DNA from: Malacoraja senta
Lineage: Eukaryota
Direction of reading: 5' to 3'
Assembly: GCA_038087875.1 (NCBI GenBank)
Contig: CM075993.1
Span: forward strand, 1,614,001 to 1,678,000
Length of the DNA stretch: 64,000 nt
Program-made: the position numbers and the translations under genes
Part shown: in pieces, positions 35,104 through 47,948 of the stretch
Layout: each line of letters starts with the position of its first letter
How positions within the stretch are numbered: position 1 is the stretch's first letter
The notes under the pieces: generated by a model
Told to the model about the DNA's origin: nothing
Seen by the model: the letters and a program-made list of their open reading frames with translations, nothing else
Database searches by the model: none

Positions 35104-38100
35104 AACATAGAAACATAGAAACATAGAAAATAGGTGCAGGAGTAGGCCATTCGGCCCTTCGAGCCTGCACCACCATTCAACATGATCATGGCTGATCATC
35201 CAACTCAGTATCCTGTACCTGCTTTCTCTCCATACCCCCTGATCCCTTTAGCCACAAGGGCCACATCTAACTCCCTCTTAAATATAGCCAATGAACTGGC
35301 CTCAACTACATTCTGTGGCAGAGAATTCCAGAGATTCACCACTCTCTGTGTAAAAAATGTTTTTCTCATCTCAGTCCTAAAAGATTTCCCCTTTATCCTT
35401 AAACTGTGACCCCTTGTTCTGGACTCCCCTAACATCGGGAACAATCTTCCTGCATCTAGCCTGTCCAACTTCTTAAGAATTTTGTAAGTTTCTATAAGAT
35501 CCCCCCTCAGTCTTCTAAATTCCAGCGAGTACAAGCCGATTCTATCCAGTCTTTCCTCATATGAAAGTCCTGACATCCCAGGAATCAGTCTGGTGAACCT
35601 TCTATGTACTCCTTCTATGGCAAGAATGTCCTTCCTCAGATTAGGAGACCAAAACTGTACGCAATACTCCAGGTGTGGTCTCACCAAGACCCTGTACAAC
35701 TGCAGTAGAACCTCCCTGCTCCTATACTCAAATCCTTTTCCTATGAATGCTAACATACCATTCGCTTTCTTCACTGCCTGCTGCACCTGCATGCCCACTT
35801 TCAATGACTGGTGTACCATGACACCCAGGTCTCGTTGCATCTCCCCTTTTCCTAATCGGCCACCATTCAGGTAATAGTCTACTTTCCTGTTTTTGCCACC
35901 AAAGTGGATAACCTCACATTTATCCACATTATACTGCATCTGCCATGCATTTGCCCATCCACCCAGCCTATCCAAGTCATCTTGCAGCCTCCTAGCACCC
36001 TCCTCACAGCTAACACTGCCCCCCAGCTTCGTGTCATCCACAAACTTGGAGATGTTGCATTCAATTCCCTCATCCAGTTCATTAATATATATTGTAAATA
36101 TCTGAGGTCCCAGCACTGAGCCTTGCGGTACCCCACTAGTCACTGCCTACCATTCTGAAAAGGACCCGTTTACTCCTACTCTTTGCTTCCTGTCTGCCAG
36201 CCAGTTCTCTATCCACATCAATACTGAACCCCCAATACCGTGTGCTTTAAATTTGTATATTAATCTCTTATGCGGGACCTTGTCGATAGCCTTCTGAAAG
36301 TCCAGATATAACACATCCACTGGTTCTTCCTTATCCACTCTACTAGTTACATCCTCGAAAAATTCTATAATATTCGTCAGACATGATTTACCTTTCATAA
36401 ATCCATGCTGACTTTGTCCAATGAATTCACCATTTTCCAAATGTGTTGCTATCCCATCTTTAATAACTTACTCTAGCAGTTTCCCCACTACCAATGTTAG
36501 ACTAACTGGTCTGTAATTCCCTGTTTTCTCTCTCCCTCCCTTTTTAAAAAGTGGGGTTACATTAGCTACCCTCCAATCATCAGGAACTACTCCAGAATCT
36601 AAAGAGTTTTGAAAAATTATCACTAATGCATCCACTATTTCTGGGGCTACTTCCTTAAGTACTCTGGGATGCAGCCTATTTGGCCCTGGGGATTTATCGG
36701 CCTTTAATCCATTCATTTTACATAACACCACTTCCCGGCTAACCTGGATTTCCCTCAGTTCCTCCATCTCATTTGACCCCCGGTCCCCTGCTATTTCCGG
36801 CAGATTAATTAAGTCTTCCTTAGTGAAGACAGAACCAAAGTAGTTATTCAGTTGGTCTGCCATGTCCTTGTTCCCCATGATCAGTTCACCTGTTTCTAAC
36901 TGCAAGGGACCTACATTTGTTTTAACTAATCTTTTTCTCTTGACATATCTATAAAAACTTTTGCAGTCAGTTTTTATGTTCCCTGCCAGTTTTCTTTCAT
37001 AATCTATTTTCCCTTTCCTAATTAAACCCTTTGTCCTCCTCTGCTGGACTCTGAATTTCTCCCAGTCCTCTGGTAGGCTGCTTTTTCTGGCTAATTTGTA
37101 TGCTTCATCTTTTGTTTTGATACTATCCCTGATTTACCTTGTTAACCACGGATGCACTACCATCCCTGATTTATTCTTTTGCCAAACTGGGATGAACAAT
37201 TGTTGTAGTTCATCCATGCATCCTTTAAATGCCTTCCATTGCATATCCACCGTCAACCCTTTAAGAATCAATTGCCAGTCTATCTTGGCCAATTCACATC
37301 TCATACCCTCAAAGTTACCTTTATTTAAGTTCTGAACCCTTGTTTCTGAATTAATTATGTCACTCTCCATCCTAATGAAGAACTGAACCAATATTATGGT
37401 CACTCTTGCCCACTCTTGCACAACAAGCCTGTTAATTAACCCTTCCTCATTACTCAATACCCAGTCTAGAATAGCCTGCTCTCTCATTGGTTCCTCTACA
37501 TGTTGATTTAGAAAACTATCCCGCATACATTCCAAGAAATCCTCTTCCTCAGCACCCCTGCCAATTTGATTCACCCAATCTATATGTAGATTGAAGTCAC
37601 CCATTATAACTGTTTTACCTTTGTTGCACGCATTTCTAATTTCCTGTTTGATGCCATCCCCAACTCCACTACTACTGTTAGGTGGCCTGTACACAACTCC
37701 CACTAGCGTTTTCTGCCCCTTAGTGTTTCGCAGCTCTACCCATATTGATTCCACATCCTCCAAGCTAATGTCCTTCCTTTCTATTGCATCAATCTCCTCT
37801 CTAACCAGCAACGCTACCCCACCTCCTTTTCCTTTCTGTCTATCCTGAATATTGAATATCCCTGGATGTTCAGCTCCCAGCCTTGGTCACCCTGGAGCCA
37901 TGTCTCCGTGATCCCAACTATATCATAGTCATTAATAGCTATCTGCACATTCAACTCATCCACCTTATTACGAATGCTCCTTGCATTGAGACACAAAGCC
38001 TTCAGGCTTGTTTTTACTACACTCTTACCCCTTATACAATTATGTTGAAAAATGGCCATTTTTGATTTTTGCCCTGGATTTGTCTGCCTACTTTTACTTT

Positions 38101-38396
38101 TCACCTTGCTACCTATTGCTTCTACCCTCATTTTACACCCCTCTGTCTCTCTGCTCACACATTTAAGAAATCCACCACCTCTTATTCTCTGTTTATTATC
38201 TTTTTCTTCTTTTTACCCTACATGTTGGGCCTGAGTGCTTCCCTTTTCTGCCTCCTGCCTCAGACACTGTCTACTAGCTTTCTCTATTTGAGTCCCTCCC
38301 CCCAACCGTTCTAGTTTAAAGTCTCCCCAGTAGCCTTTGCAAATCTCCCCGCCAGGATATTGGTCCCCCTCGGGTTCAAGTGCAACCCGTCCTTTT
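35104..38396 (-). mobile_element. CR1-clade LINE with full ORF2 region and ORF1 C-terminus, disabled
   Basis: ORFs 37814-38158, 37134-37811, 36468-36905, 36147-36440 and 35205-36143 (APE + RT, stops and frameshifts); (catagaaa)n tail; same family as 5822-8807. Confidence 0.95.
38311..38394 (-). pseudogene. CR1 ORF1 C-terminus (SGNH/GDSL esterase block V)
   Basis: Manual translation KDGLHLNPRGTNILAGRFAKATGETLN*, containing the DxxH motif. Confidence 0.8.
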
Positions 38397-39885
38397 AGGT
38401 CTCGACCCGAAACGTCACCCATTCCTTCTATCCAAAGATGCTGCCTGTCCCGTTGAGTTACTCCAACCTTTTGTGTCTGTCTTCGGTTTAAACCAGCATC
38501 TGCAGGCCCTTGCTACACTATATTTGCCCACGTGGATGGCGTGACTTGATTAAGTCAAAGTTGGCTTTATTTCTCTTTTACAAGCATCACAATCTTGATG
38601 AGGTTACTGTGGAATTTATGGTTCGTTTTTATTATCAGTTCTTGGGTCAGAAGGGTGATAAATAATCTTCAATTCATCATTGTCAGCACAGTTTCTCTTG
38701 ATAATATCAAGAGACATGTCAAGAGCGTTTATTGCCAGATGTACCGATAATGGAACAGTCCAATTCTTACTGGCTGTAGCACAACAGGCCTATAGAAACA
38801 TAGACATAGAAACATAGAAACATAGAAAATAGGTGCAGGAGTAGGCCATTCGGCCCTTCGAGCCAGCACCGTCATTCATTGTGATCATGGCTGATCGTCC
38901 CCAATCAGTAACCCGTGCCTGCCTTCTCCCCATAACCCTTGTTTCCACTAGCCCCTAGAGCTCTATCTAACTCTCTCTTAAATCCATCCAGTGATTTGGC
39001 CTCCACTGCCCTCTGTGGCAGGAAATTCCACAAATTCACACTTCCACAAATTCACAATATCTATAATCAAAATACACAGAGATAATATATAACAACACAC
39101 AAACACAAACTTTATATATATACAGCATCCCTGGATAGAAGGAATGGGTCATGTTTCGGGTCGAGACCCTTCTTCAGAAGGATCTTTGGATCCTTCTCTC
39201 CAGAGACGCTGCCTGTCCCACTGAATTACTCCAGCATGTTGTGTCTATCTTCGGTGTAAACCAGCATCTGCAGTTCCTTCATACATACACACACACACCC
39301 AGGGGTCAAGGAAAGAGCGTTCACGCGCGGCCCTGTTTCCACCAATCTTTCCATCAGCACACACAAGAAGCACAAGACAGACACCATTGCATGCAGATGC
39401 CAAGAAGTGTGTTCATCTGTGGCTGAACAACTTCTAATCCTGTGTGTGGACTCGATAAGATGACACACATATATATTTAGATACACATTTATATATATTT
39501 ACACACACATATGTACACTTAAAAAACAATAATAGTGTAAAAGGAATTCCATCTTGATTGTGTGACATGGTGGTATGCAAACTCTGACCTTAACTGAGTC
39601 CACAGTAGGTTGAATCAAAGTGCATGTATAAAGTCATGAGGGGCATTGATAGGGTGAATGCACCAGAGTCTTTTACCCAGGATAGAGGAATGAAAAACAG
39701 GAGAACATAGGTTTTAAGCAAGATGTAATAGAAAACTGAGTGGCAAATTTTCCCCTCAGAGGGTGGTGGGTATATGGAACAAACTGCCAGAGGAGGTAGT
39801 TGAGGTAGGTATTAGAACAGAATTTAAAAGCCACACGGACAGGTACATGGATAGGAAAGGTTTCGAGGGACCTCACACTAAATGT

Positions 39886-40068
39886 CATCAGCAGCCTGCG
39901 TGTGTGGAGCAGACCAGCAAACAGCGCAGCACGTCATTTTCCACTGCGCTGTCCTCCACCCCCCTGGTGGAGGGGTAGACCTCTCGGCCCTTGACAACAC
40001 CACATTGAACTGGCGACAGGGCCTGGAGGGCATTACATAACCTCTGCTGCCTCAAACGCAAGAAGAAG
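39886..40068 (+). mobile_element. Vingi/Ingi-like LINE 3' fragment
   Basis: Frame 39885-40040 reads SSAACVCGADQQTAQHVIFHCAVLHPPGGGVDLSALDNTTLNWRQGLEGIT* (C-terminal CCHC); tail CAAACGCAAGAAGAAG; 11-bp TSD acactaaatgt at 39875-39885 and 40069-40079. Confidence 0.75.
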
Positions 40069-40944
40069 ACACTAAATGTTGTACCCTTTATCCTTTATCT
40101 TTGCATTGTGGACGGCTTGATTTTATTCATGCGTAGGAAAGAACTGCAGATGCCGGTTTAAATCGAAGGTAGGCACAGAATGCTGGAGTAACTCAGCAGT
40201 ACAGGCCGCATCTCTGGAGAGTAGGAATGGGTGACGTTTTGGATCGAGACCCTTCTTCAGTCAGGGTAGAGGGAGAATAGAGATATGGAAGGGTAAGGCG
40301 CGAAAACGACAGATCAAAGCAGATGTTGATCAAGGAAATGAAGAAGGAGCATTGTTAGCTGATCGTCGTCCGGTTTGATCTGGCATTTTCACATCTCACC
40401 CTTCCACATAATCTCTTATCTCCCTCTCCCTGACATCAGTCTGAAGAAGGGTCTCAACCCGAAACGCCATCCATTCCTTCTCTCCTGAAATGCTGAATTA
40501 CTCCAGCATTTTGTGTCTATCTTCGGTGTAAACCAGCAGCTGCAGTTCCTTCCTACATCTGGCACAGAGTGGATTGCAAGAGTAAACTTTCCCAGGGCAA
40601 TGTTGGGCGGGTAACTTCTGAGAATGATCTGTGTCAGTTAACCTAACCCTTCCTGCTGTAATGATGCGATCAATCTCTTATCAGCCGTGTATGCTTGTAT
40701 TGATGTAATTTATTGCTAAGAGATCCAGTCCACCACCTTTGTGGGACATTCTGTGTAGATCAGGAAGCACCTTGTGCTGGCTTGCTGTTTTCTTATGGTA
40801 TTTAAAGGAATTCTCTGCTACATTGGAAGCCCTGGCTAGATAACCAGGCCCGACAGCTGGTTGCTGCTTTCCAAAGTCCACTGAGTATGTTGCAACAAAC
40901 ATTGAGAGTTTCCTCCAATGTTTAGTTAATATCTTTCCTTCAGA

Positions 40945-41237
40945 CTTTAAAGAGACAGCACGGAAACAGGCCCTTCTGCCCACCAAGTCCGCGCCAACCT
41001 GCGATCACCCCGTAAGCTAGTTTCATCCTCCACACACTAGGGATAATTTGCAGGAGCCAATTAACCTACAAACCTGCAGGTCTTTGAAGTGTGGGAGGAA
41101 ACCGGCGCACCCTGAGGAAACCCACGTGGTCACAGGGAGAACGTGCAAACTCCGCACAGACAGCACCCATAGTTAGAATCGAACCGGGGTCTCTGGTGCT
41201 GTAAGACAGTAACTCTACTACTGCTCCACCACGCCGT
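40945..41237 (-). mobile_element. V-SINE (HE1-like), near full length
   Basis: Same family as 10085-10388. Confidence 0.8.
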
Positions 41238-42282
41238 CCTACTGAAGATTTTTCCAATGTTCCTTTGGTAATTCTCCATAAACATTCTGCTTTCCACCTC
41301 TTCTATTCCCTTGCATTATCACCGTTTATCACTGAATCACACATACAAGCCTTATATCTTGTTCTAACCTTCCCACCTTCCCAATTTTAAAATTTATTTG
41401 CATCCAACTTTACCACAGTGTGAAGTGCAGCAAACAGGGCGTTTTTTAAACGTACGTCATTGCTTCGTCTGACTGAAAGGTGCAGAGGAATGCAGCAGAT
41501 TTAAAAATCCATAAACACAAAAGAGGAAATTAAGTGTAGGAAGGAACTGCAGACGAAACATGCAGGAAGGAACTGCAGATAGACACTAAAAAGCTGGAGT
41601 AACTCAGCGGGACAGGCAGCATCTCTGGAGAGAAGGGATGGGTGAGGTTTCACCTCTCGAACCTTCTCTCCAGAGATGCCTACTGTCCCGCTGAGTTAAA
41701 CACGATATTAATTTGGGAAACTTTCATCTAAGGAATTAAAACTTCCTTTACACCATGGCACCCATGAGAGAACTGTTGCTTGAACTGGGTTTGGCTCTTA
41801 AAGGGGCACCGATAAGGATCTTGCAAGGAGACAAAGGCCTCAATTCTGTCTATGTTGACACAGACATTGATAAAGGACAGACCTACTGAGCTCTGCAGTC
41901 TGTCTATTGAATGCACAGTCAGCTTTTGATGAGAGGCCCTCCTTTATCAGCTTGCTTTGGAAGTGGAAAGGTGTTCAAGACATTCAAGGCCATCTGTTTT
42001 ATGGCACAACCTATTATCTATGCACGGGAGGATTCTCCCAGCTGCTGCCAGTTGTATTCGAGCCTTGCTGAGATTAATTGATTGAAACTGTTGTAAATAC
42101 AGACGGATTAGAATGCATGTTGTGAGTTAGGCTTTTTACGAAAAAAATGCACTCGGATATATCTCACCAAGACTGAAAGCCTGTCTCTAACAAAGTAAAC
42201 TATCACTTTAAAAATGAGTTATTATACTACATGTGATCGTTACTTTAACATCAGAGTATTTGCAGCTGGGCTAATGAAACCC

Positions 42283-42505
42283 AGTCTGAAGAACGGTCCT
42301 GACCTAAACGTCACCTATCCATGTTCTCCAGAGATGCTGCCTGACCCACTGAGTTACTCCAGCACTCTGTGAAACGTCACCTATCCATGTTCTCCACAGA
42401 TGCTGCCTGACCCGCTGAGTTACTCCAGCACTCTGTGAAACCTCACCTATCCATGTTCTCCACAGATGCTGCCTGACCCGCTGAGTTACTCCGGCACTTT
42501 ATGTC
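42283..42505 (+). repeat. Penelope pseudo-LTR with three tandem 66-bp units
   Basis: Unit gaaacgtcacctatccatgttctccacagatgctgcctgacccgctgagttactccagcactctgt starts at about 42305, 42371 and 42437. Confidence 0.85.
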
Positions 42506-43145
42506 TTTTTGTGTGATACACAATATAACGTGTCATGTTAGTCCTTCATAATAATGGTGTGAGCTCAGGATAAAATAGAACTTCAACCAACCTGACGACG
42601 TTAACAATTAATAGGTTTAATGTAGAGAGTGGACAACACTGTGAATGTAAAGAAGACTAGGCACTCAAAAGGTTTCAACCCGAAATGCCACCTATTCCTT
42701 TTCTCCAGAGATGCTGCCTGATCCGCTGAGTTACTCCAGCTTTTTGTGTCTGTCTTCAGTGTAAACGAGGTTGTATGCATTTCTCTGTACCTAGGTACAT
42801 GTGACAATAAAGTGTCATAAAGCAGCATCTTCATTGAAAACAGGCCCTTCGGCCCACCGAGTCCATGCTGACCAGCGATCAGCCGTTCACACCAGTTCTA
42901 TGTTATCCCACTTTCACATCCACTCCCTACACACCAGGGGCGATTTACAGAAGGCAATTAACTTGCAAACTCGCACGTCTTTGGAATGTGAGAGGAAACC
43001 GGAGCACCCGGAGAACACCCACGCGGTCATCGGGAGAACGTACAATCTCCGTACAGACCCGTGGTCGTGAACGTGAGGGTCTGAAATGTCAGTTCCAGCG
43101 AGATGTTACAATGAAAAGTGCAACCACGCTGCTCTGTGAATAGTT

Positions 43146-43460
43146 CGGCACGGTGGTAGAGTTGCTGCCTTACAGCGCCGGAGACACGGATTCCATCCCG
43201 ACTACGGGTGCTGTCTATACGGAGTTTGTACATTCTCCCCGTGACCGCTTGGGTTTTCTCCGAGATCTCCGGTTTCCTCCCACACACCAAAGACGTGCCG
43301 GTTTGTAGCTTAATTGTCTTGGTGTAAATGTAAGTGTAAACATAAAATTCTCGCGAGTGTGTGTAGGCTTGTGTTAGTGTGCGGGGATCGCTGGTCGGCA
43401 CGGACTCGGTGGGCCAAAGGGCCTTTTCCACGGTGTATCTCTAAAGTAAACTAAACTAAA
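43146..43460 (+). mobile_element. V-SINE (HE1-like); an opposite-strand copy lies at about 42836-43058
   Basis: tRNA-like head, V-domain and (ctaaa)n tail. Confidence 0.8.
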
Positions 43461-43724
43461 ACACTTCAACATTTCTCACATTTTGTGCAACTTTCGTAAG
43501 CAGCTTTAGGATGTGAACTGACTTGTGAACTCCACAACTCAGAGTATAAAAGTCTTTACTCGTCAAGAGAAACAGACATTCTCTTGGAAACACTCTCAGA
43601 AAAATCTCCAAACTCAAACAACTTCAAGGTTTTATATTCTACGTCTAACTTGTTGCAAGATGCGCTGGTATGGAGTTTGAACTGGGTTTCGATTTAGCTA
43701 TTAATCTTCAGTGGAACATGACAA

Positions 43725-44280
43725 GATAGACACGAAAAGCTGGAGTAACTCAGCAGGACAGGCAGCATATCTGGAGAGAAGGAATAGGAGACATTTCAGA
43801 CTGAGACTGAGACTGAGAGTCAGCGGAAAGGGAAACGAGAGATATAGACGGTGATATAGAGAGATATAGAACAAATGAATGAAAGATATGCAAAAAATTA
43901 ATGTTGATGAAGGAAACAGGCCATTGTTAGCTGTGGCCAAGGTGAAAACTAGCAAAGAGAATGAGACACAACAAGACGACTTTGAAGCTGATCCGACTTG
44001 GGTGGGGGAGGGATGGAGAGAGAGGGAATGCAAGGGTTGCTTGGTTAGGGAAATTAATATTCATACCACTGGGTTGTAAGCTGCCCAAGTGAAATATGAG
44101 ATGCTGTTCCTCCAATTTGCATTTGGCTCCACTCAGACAATGGAGGAGGCCTAGGACAGACAGTAAGGTCAGCGTGGTAATGGGAAGGGGAATTAAAGTG
44201 TTTGGCAACCGGGAGATCACCAGGCGGACTGAGTGCAGGTGTTCAGCGAAACAATTGCCCAGTCTGCGTTTGGTCTCGCC
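43725..44280 (-). mobile_element. Penelope-like 3' fragment
   Basis: GETKRRLGNCFAEHL...LSVLGLLHCLSGAKCKLEEQHLIFHLGSLQPSGMNINF followed by pseudo-LTR sequence. Confidence 0.85.
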
Positions 44281-44529
44281 ACAACTTGGAACACAGATAC
44301 AATCAGAATACTGAACACAGCATAATGGACGGTCAAGGTGTTTACTTGGGAGGTAGCAATTTCTGTGTTGTTAAATAATGTAATATAACACGAACTGTAA
44401 GTAATTTATTAATATTAGTGCCATGTCTTGCTGGCTTGATTTACAGCTCTCTCTGACATTAGCACTTCATGTGTACATTGAATAACAGATCACCCCGTAC
44501 ACTAGCACTATCCTGCATGAAAATTCTTT

Positions 44530-45000
44530 GTAAACTCCATAATAAACAACACAAATTACATTCAGTAGATAAGAAACAATCAATAACAGTGCAAAGACAT
44601 AAACCATCCCCCAAGTCTATGTGGTTTGGAGCTTATTTGGGGGTTTATAGTGTTTAATAGCCTGATGGTGTAGGGAAGAAGCTGCCCCGAACCTGGACGT
44701 TACAGTTTTCAGGCTCCTATACCTTCTTCCTGATGGCAGCAGTGAGATGAGAGCATGGCCAGGATGATGTTGCTGGCTGCCTTTTCGAGACAGCTTCTCT
44801 TGTAGATCCGTTCGATGGTGGGGAGGTCAGTACCCGTGATGGACCGGGCAGTGTCCACCACTCTCTGTAATCTCCATCGTTGCTGGGCGTTCGAGTTGCG
44901 GAACCAGGCCGTGATCTACCATACTCCTGTACAAGTCCAGGAGAGTACTTGTCGACATACGGAATCAATCTCCTAAGGAGGTAGAGGCGTGATGGGCTTT
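44530..45000 (-). mobile_element. Rex1/Babar 3' fragment
   Basis: Reverse complement resembles 16770-17150 (AWF, LQRVV, DLPTIE, LLPSGRRYRSLK). Confidence 0.75.
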
Positions 45001-45642
45001 ATAAAGGGAAGAATGAAGCCTTTTCTATTTCTTTCCAGTCTGAAAAGGTTCTTGACCCGAAACATCACCCAATCCTTCTGCCCAGAGATGCTGCCTGTCC
45101 CGCTGAGTTACTCCAGCATTTTGTGTCTATGATCTGTAACCCACTAGACTAAACTAATGGGACTCAACTGGACTTCTTATTCCTTTGCCCAAGCTCATAC
45201 CTCTGGTACACTGACTCCATTTCAGCACAGGCAGTCTCAGACACTCAACGGCAGAAGAACATTAAGATGCAAGTGGAAGTGGCTGGAGGGATAACTACCA
45301 ATAGAAATTGACTGGCAAAGTAGATGTTGGAATCTTGCATAAAGCACAGAGTGCTGGAGGAACTCAATGGGTCAGGCAATATCCGCGGAGGAAATGGACA
45401 GAGGGCCTTTCGGGTTGCACCCCGTCTTCAGAATGACCCGAAACAAGACCTGTCCATTTCCTCCGCAGACGTTCACTGACCCATTAAGTTCCTCCTGTAC
45501 TTTGTGTTCTAATGAAAGAGGAAAGACTTGGAAAATATAACCAAATTGTTATATTTTGGCAAGGAAAGACTTGCTTTAATGTTGCACCTTCCATGCCTTA
45601 TTTTTTCCCATTTTACCTTTTAGTTCTTAGAGGTAAAGAATT

Positions 45643-45948
45643 GGAAACAGGCCCTTCGGCCCATCAAGCCCACACCAACCATCAATGACCCGTTCACACT
45701 ATTTCTAAGTTATCCCACTTTCTCATCCACTCCCTACGCACTAGGGGATAATTTACAAAGGCCAATTAACCTACAAAGTCGCACGTCTTTGGAATACTGG
45801 GGGGGAAACCGGAGCACCCGGAGGAAACCCACGCGGTCACAGGGAGAAGGTGCAAACTGCACACAGACAACAACCGATGTCAGGCTCGAACCTGGGTCTC
45901 TGGCGCTGTGAGGCAGTGGCTCTACCAGCTGAGCCACCGTGCTGCCCC
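45643..45948 (-). mobile_element. V-SINE (HE1-like), full length
   Basis: Head ggggcagcacggtggctcagctggtagag with B box ggttcgagcc, followed by the V-domain. Confidence 0.82.
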
Positions 45949-46267
45949 TAATAGGTGTTATCCAACTAAGGAATGAGGTGTGACAACTCACCTGATGTCA
46001 GAAGGCTCCAACTACAGCAGCACCATATCAAACAGATCACTTGTTTGCATGAAGCTGTTTGAGTGATAAATATTGACCATAGAACGTGGTGTTCCAATGT
46101 AAGAACATTGACCTGAATCATTAACTCTACCTCCCACCTCACAGATGTGGAGTATTTCTAGTAGCTTCTGTTTTGTTACTGTAGATTATTTCCATAGTCT
46201 CCAAAGTGAACGATGTTCTCATCCAAACGATACACCTCTGCTTTATTAGCTTAAAACTCAACAGTCT

Positions 46268-46835
46268 GACATCGGCGAGACCAAACGCAGACTGGGCAAT
46301 CATTTCGCTGAACACCTTCGCTCAGTCTGCCTGAACCAACATGATCTCCTGGTTGCTAAACATTTTAATTCCCCTTCCCATTCCCACACAGACCTTGCTG
46401 TCCTAGGCCTCCTCCATTGTCAGAGTGAGGTTAAACACAAATTGGTGGAACAGCATCTCATGTTTTGCTTGGGCAGCTTACAGCCCAGTGGTATGAACAT
46501 TGATTTCTCTAACTTCAGGTAGCCCCGGCATTCCCTCTCTCTCCATCCCTCCCCCACGCAAGTCACACCAGCTTCCCGTTTTCACCCAACAAACAGCTAA
46601 CAATGGCCTGTTTCCTTTATCGTCATTACTTTTTTGCATATCTTTCATTCATTGTTCTTTATCTCTCTACATCACTGTCTATATTTCTTGTTCCCCTTAT
46701 CACTAACCCGTCTGAAGAAGGGTCTCGTCCCCAAATGTCACCCAATTCTTCGCTCCAGAGATGCTGACTGACCCGCTGAGTTACTCCAGCACTTTGTGTC
46801 CTTTTATGTATTCGCCAGCATCTGCAACTTCTTGA
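46268..46835 (+). mobile_element. Penelope-like 3' fragment (GIY-YIG C-terminus + pseudo-LTR)
   Basis: Manual translation IGETKRRLGNHFAEHLRSV...VAKHFNSPSHS...EQHLMFCLGSLQPSGMNIDFSNFR*. Confidence 0.88.
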
Positions 46836-47334
46836 GTCTACATCCAGATCTCAATCTGCTAAGGTTTTCACTCCAATAAATATTTCTCCTGTTTGATCCA
46901 CAGAGCAACACTTCTTCTCACTATCTAATCCTTTCAAATAAGTGTTTATATGTACCATCTCTACACAACCGAGGAGTTTATGTTAAAAACTCAGGAGATT
47001 AAAGCGCATTAGTTGCTCATTAATCTTCTGACAAGTCAGACTGTCAGCAACTTGTGCCAGATTGCATCATTGTCAAACAAAACTCGTGATAAGTCATTTG
47101 ACACTTTCCATATTCGCCGTCTGAAGGACAACTTCACAGGACTCACTGACGAATAAGCTTGGATTGTGGGAGTGTTTGACAAATAGCCAAAGCTCCCCAG
47201 AGATAAAACTGCAAATGGCTCCATTTCCTTTTGCCCACCAGTTATATAAACATCAGTCACCAAACAAATGTACCCACTAATCTGCTTCAGAAGTAAAGAA
47301 AATAATCCTTGCATTCATGGGTTCATAAGTTCAT

Positions 47335-47948
47335 AGGAGCAGAATTATGTCATTCGGCCCATAACCTTTCAATTATGGCTGATCTATCTCTCCCTCTCAA
47401 CCACATTCTCCTGCCTTCTCCCCATAACCCCTGACACCCATACTAATCAAGAATCTGTTTATCTGTGCCTTAAAAATACCCAATTGGCCTCCACTGCCTT
47501 CTGTGGCAGAGAATTCCACAGTCACAACTCTCTGGGTGGAAAGGTTTTTCCTCATCTCAGTCCTAAATGGCCGACCCACTATTCTTAAACTGTGACCCCT
47601 GGTTCTGGACTCCCCCAACATCGGGAACATTTTTCCTGCATCTAGCCTGTCCAATCCTTTAAGAATTTTATATGTTTCTATAAGATATCCTCTCATCCTT
47701 AAAAATCCAGTGAATACAAGCCCAGTCGACCCAGTCAGTCCCGCCATCCCGGGAATTAACCTGGTGAACCTACGCTGCACTCCCTCAATAGCAAAAATGT
47801 CCTTCCTCAAATTAGGAGACTGAAACTACAAACAAAACTCCAGGTGTGGTCTCACCGGGGTCCTGTACAACTGCAAGAGGACTTCCTTACTCCTAAACTC
47901 AAATCCTCTCGCAATGAAGGCCAACATGCCATTAGCTTTCTTCACTGC
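47335..47948 (-). mobile_element. CR1 3' fragment
   Basis: AVKKANGMLAFIARGFEFRSKEVLLQLYR and RKDIFAIEGVQRRFTRLIPG motifs. Confidence 0.88.

Larger units (their letters stand above)
34905..38510. mobile_element. Inverted Penelope pseudo-LTR pair split by the long CR1 (pieces 34905-35103 and 38397-38510)
   Basis: ctctcagtctgaa | ggtctcgacccgaaacgtcacc is the hammerhead motif broken by the LINE. Confidence 0.8.

Noticed and set aside
42305..42505. Regularly spaced repeats resembling a CRISPR array
   Set aside because: The units are contiguous tandem copies with no unique spacers, in a eukaryotic retroelement context with no cas genes.
47036..47314. 92-aa ORF in apparently unique sequence
   Set aside because: No recognisable homology or convincing splice signals on either strand.
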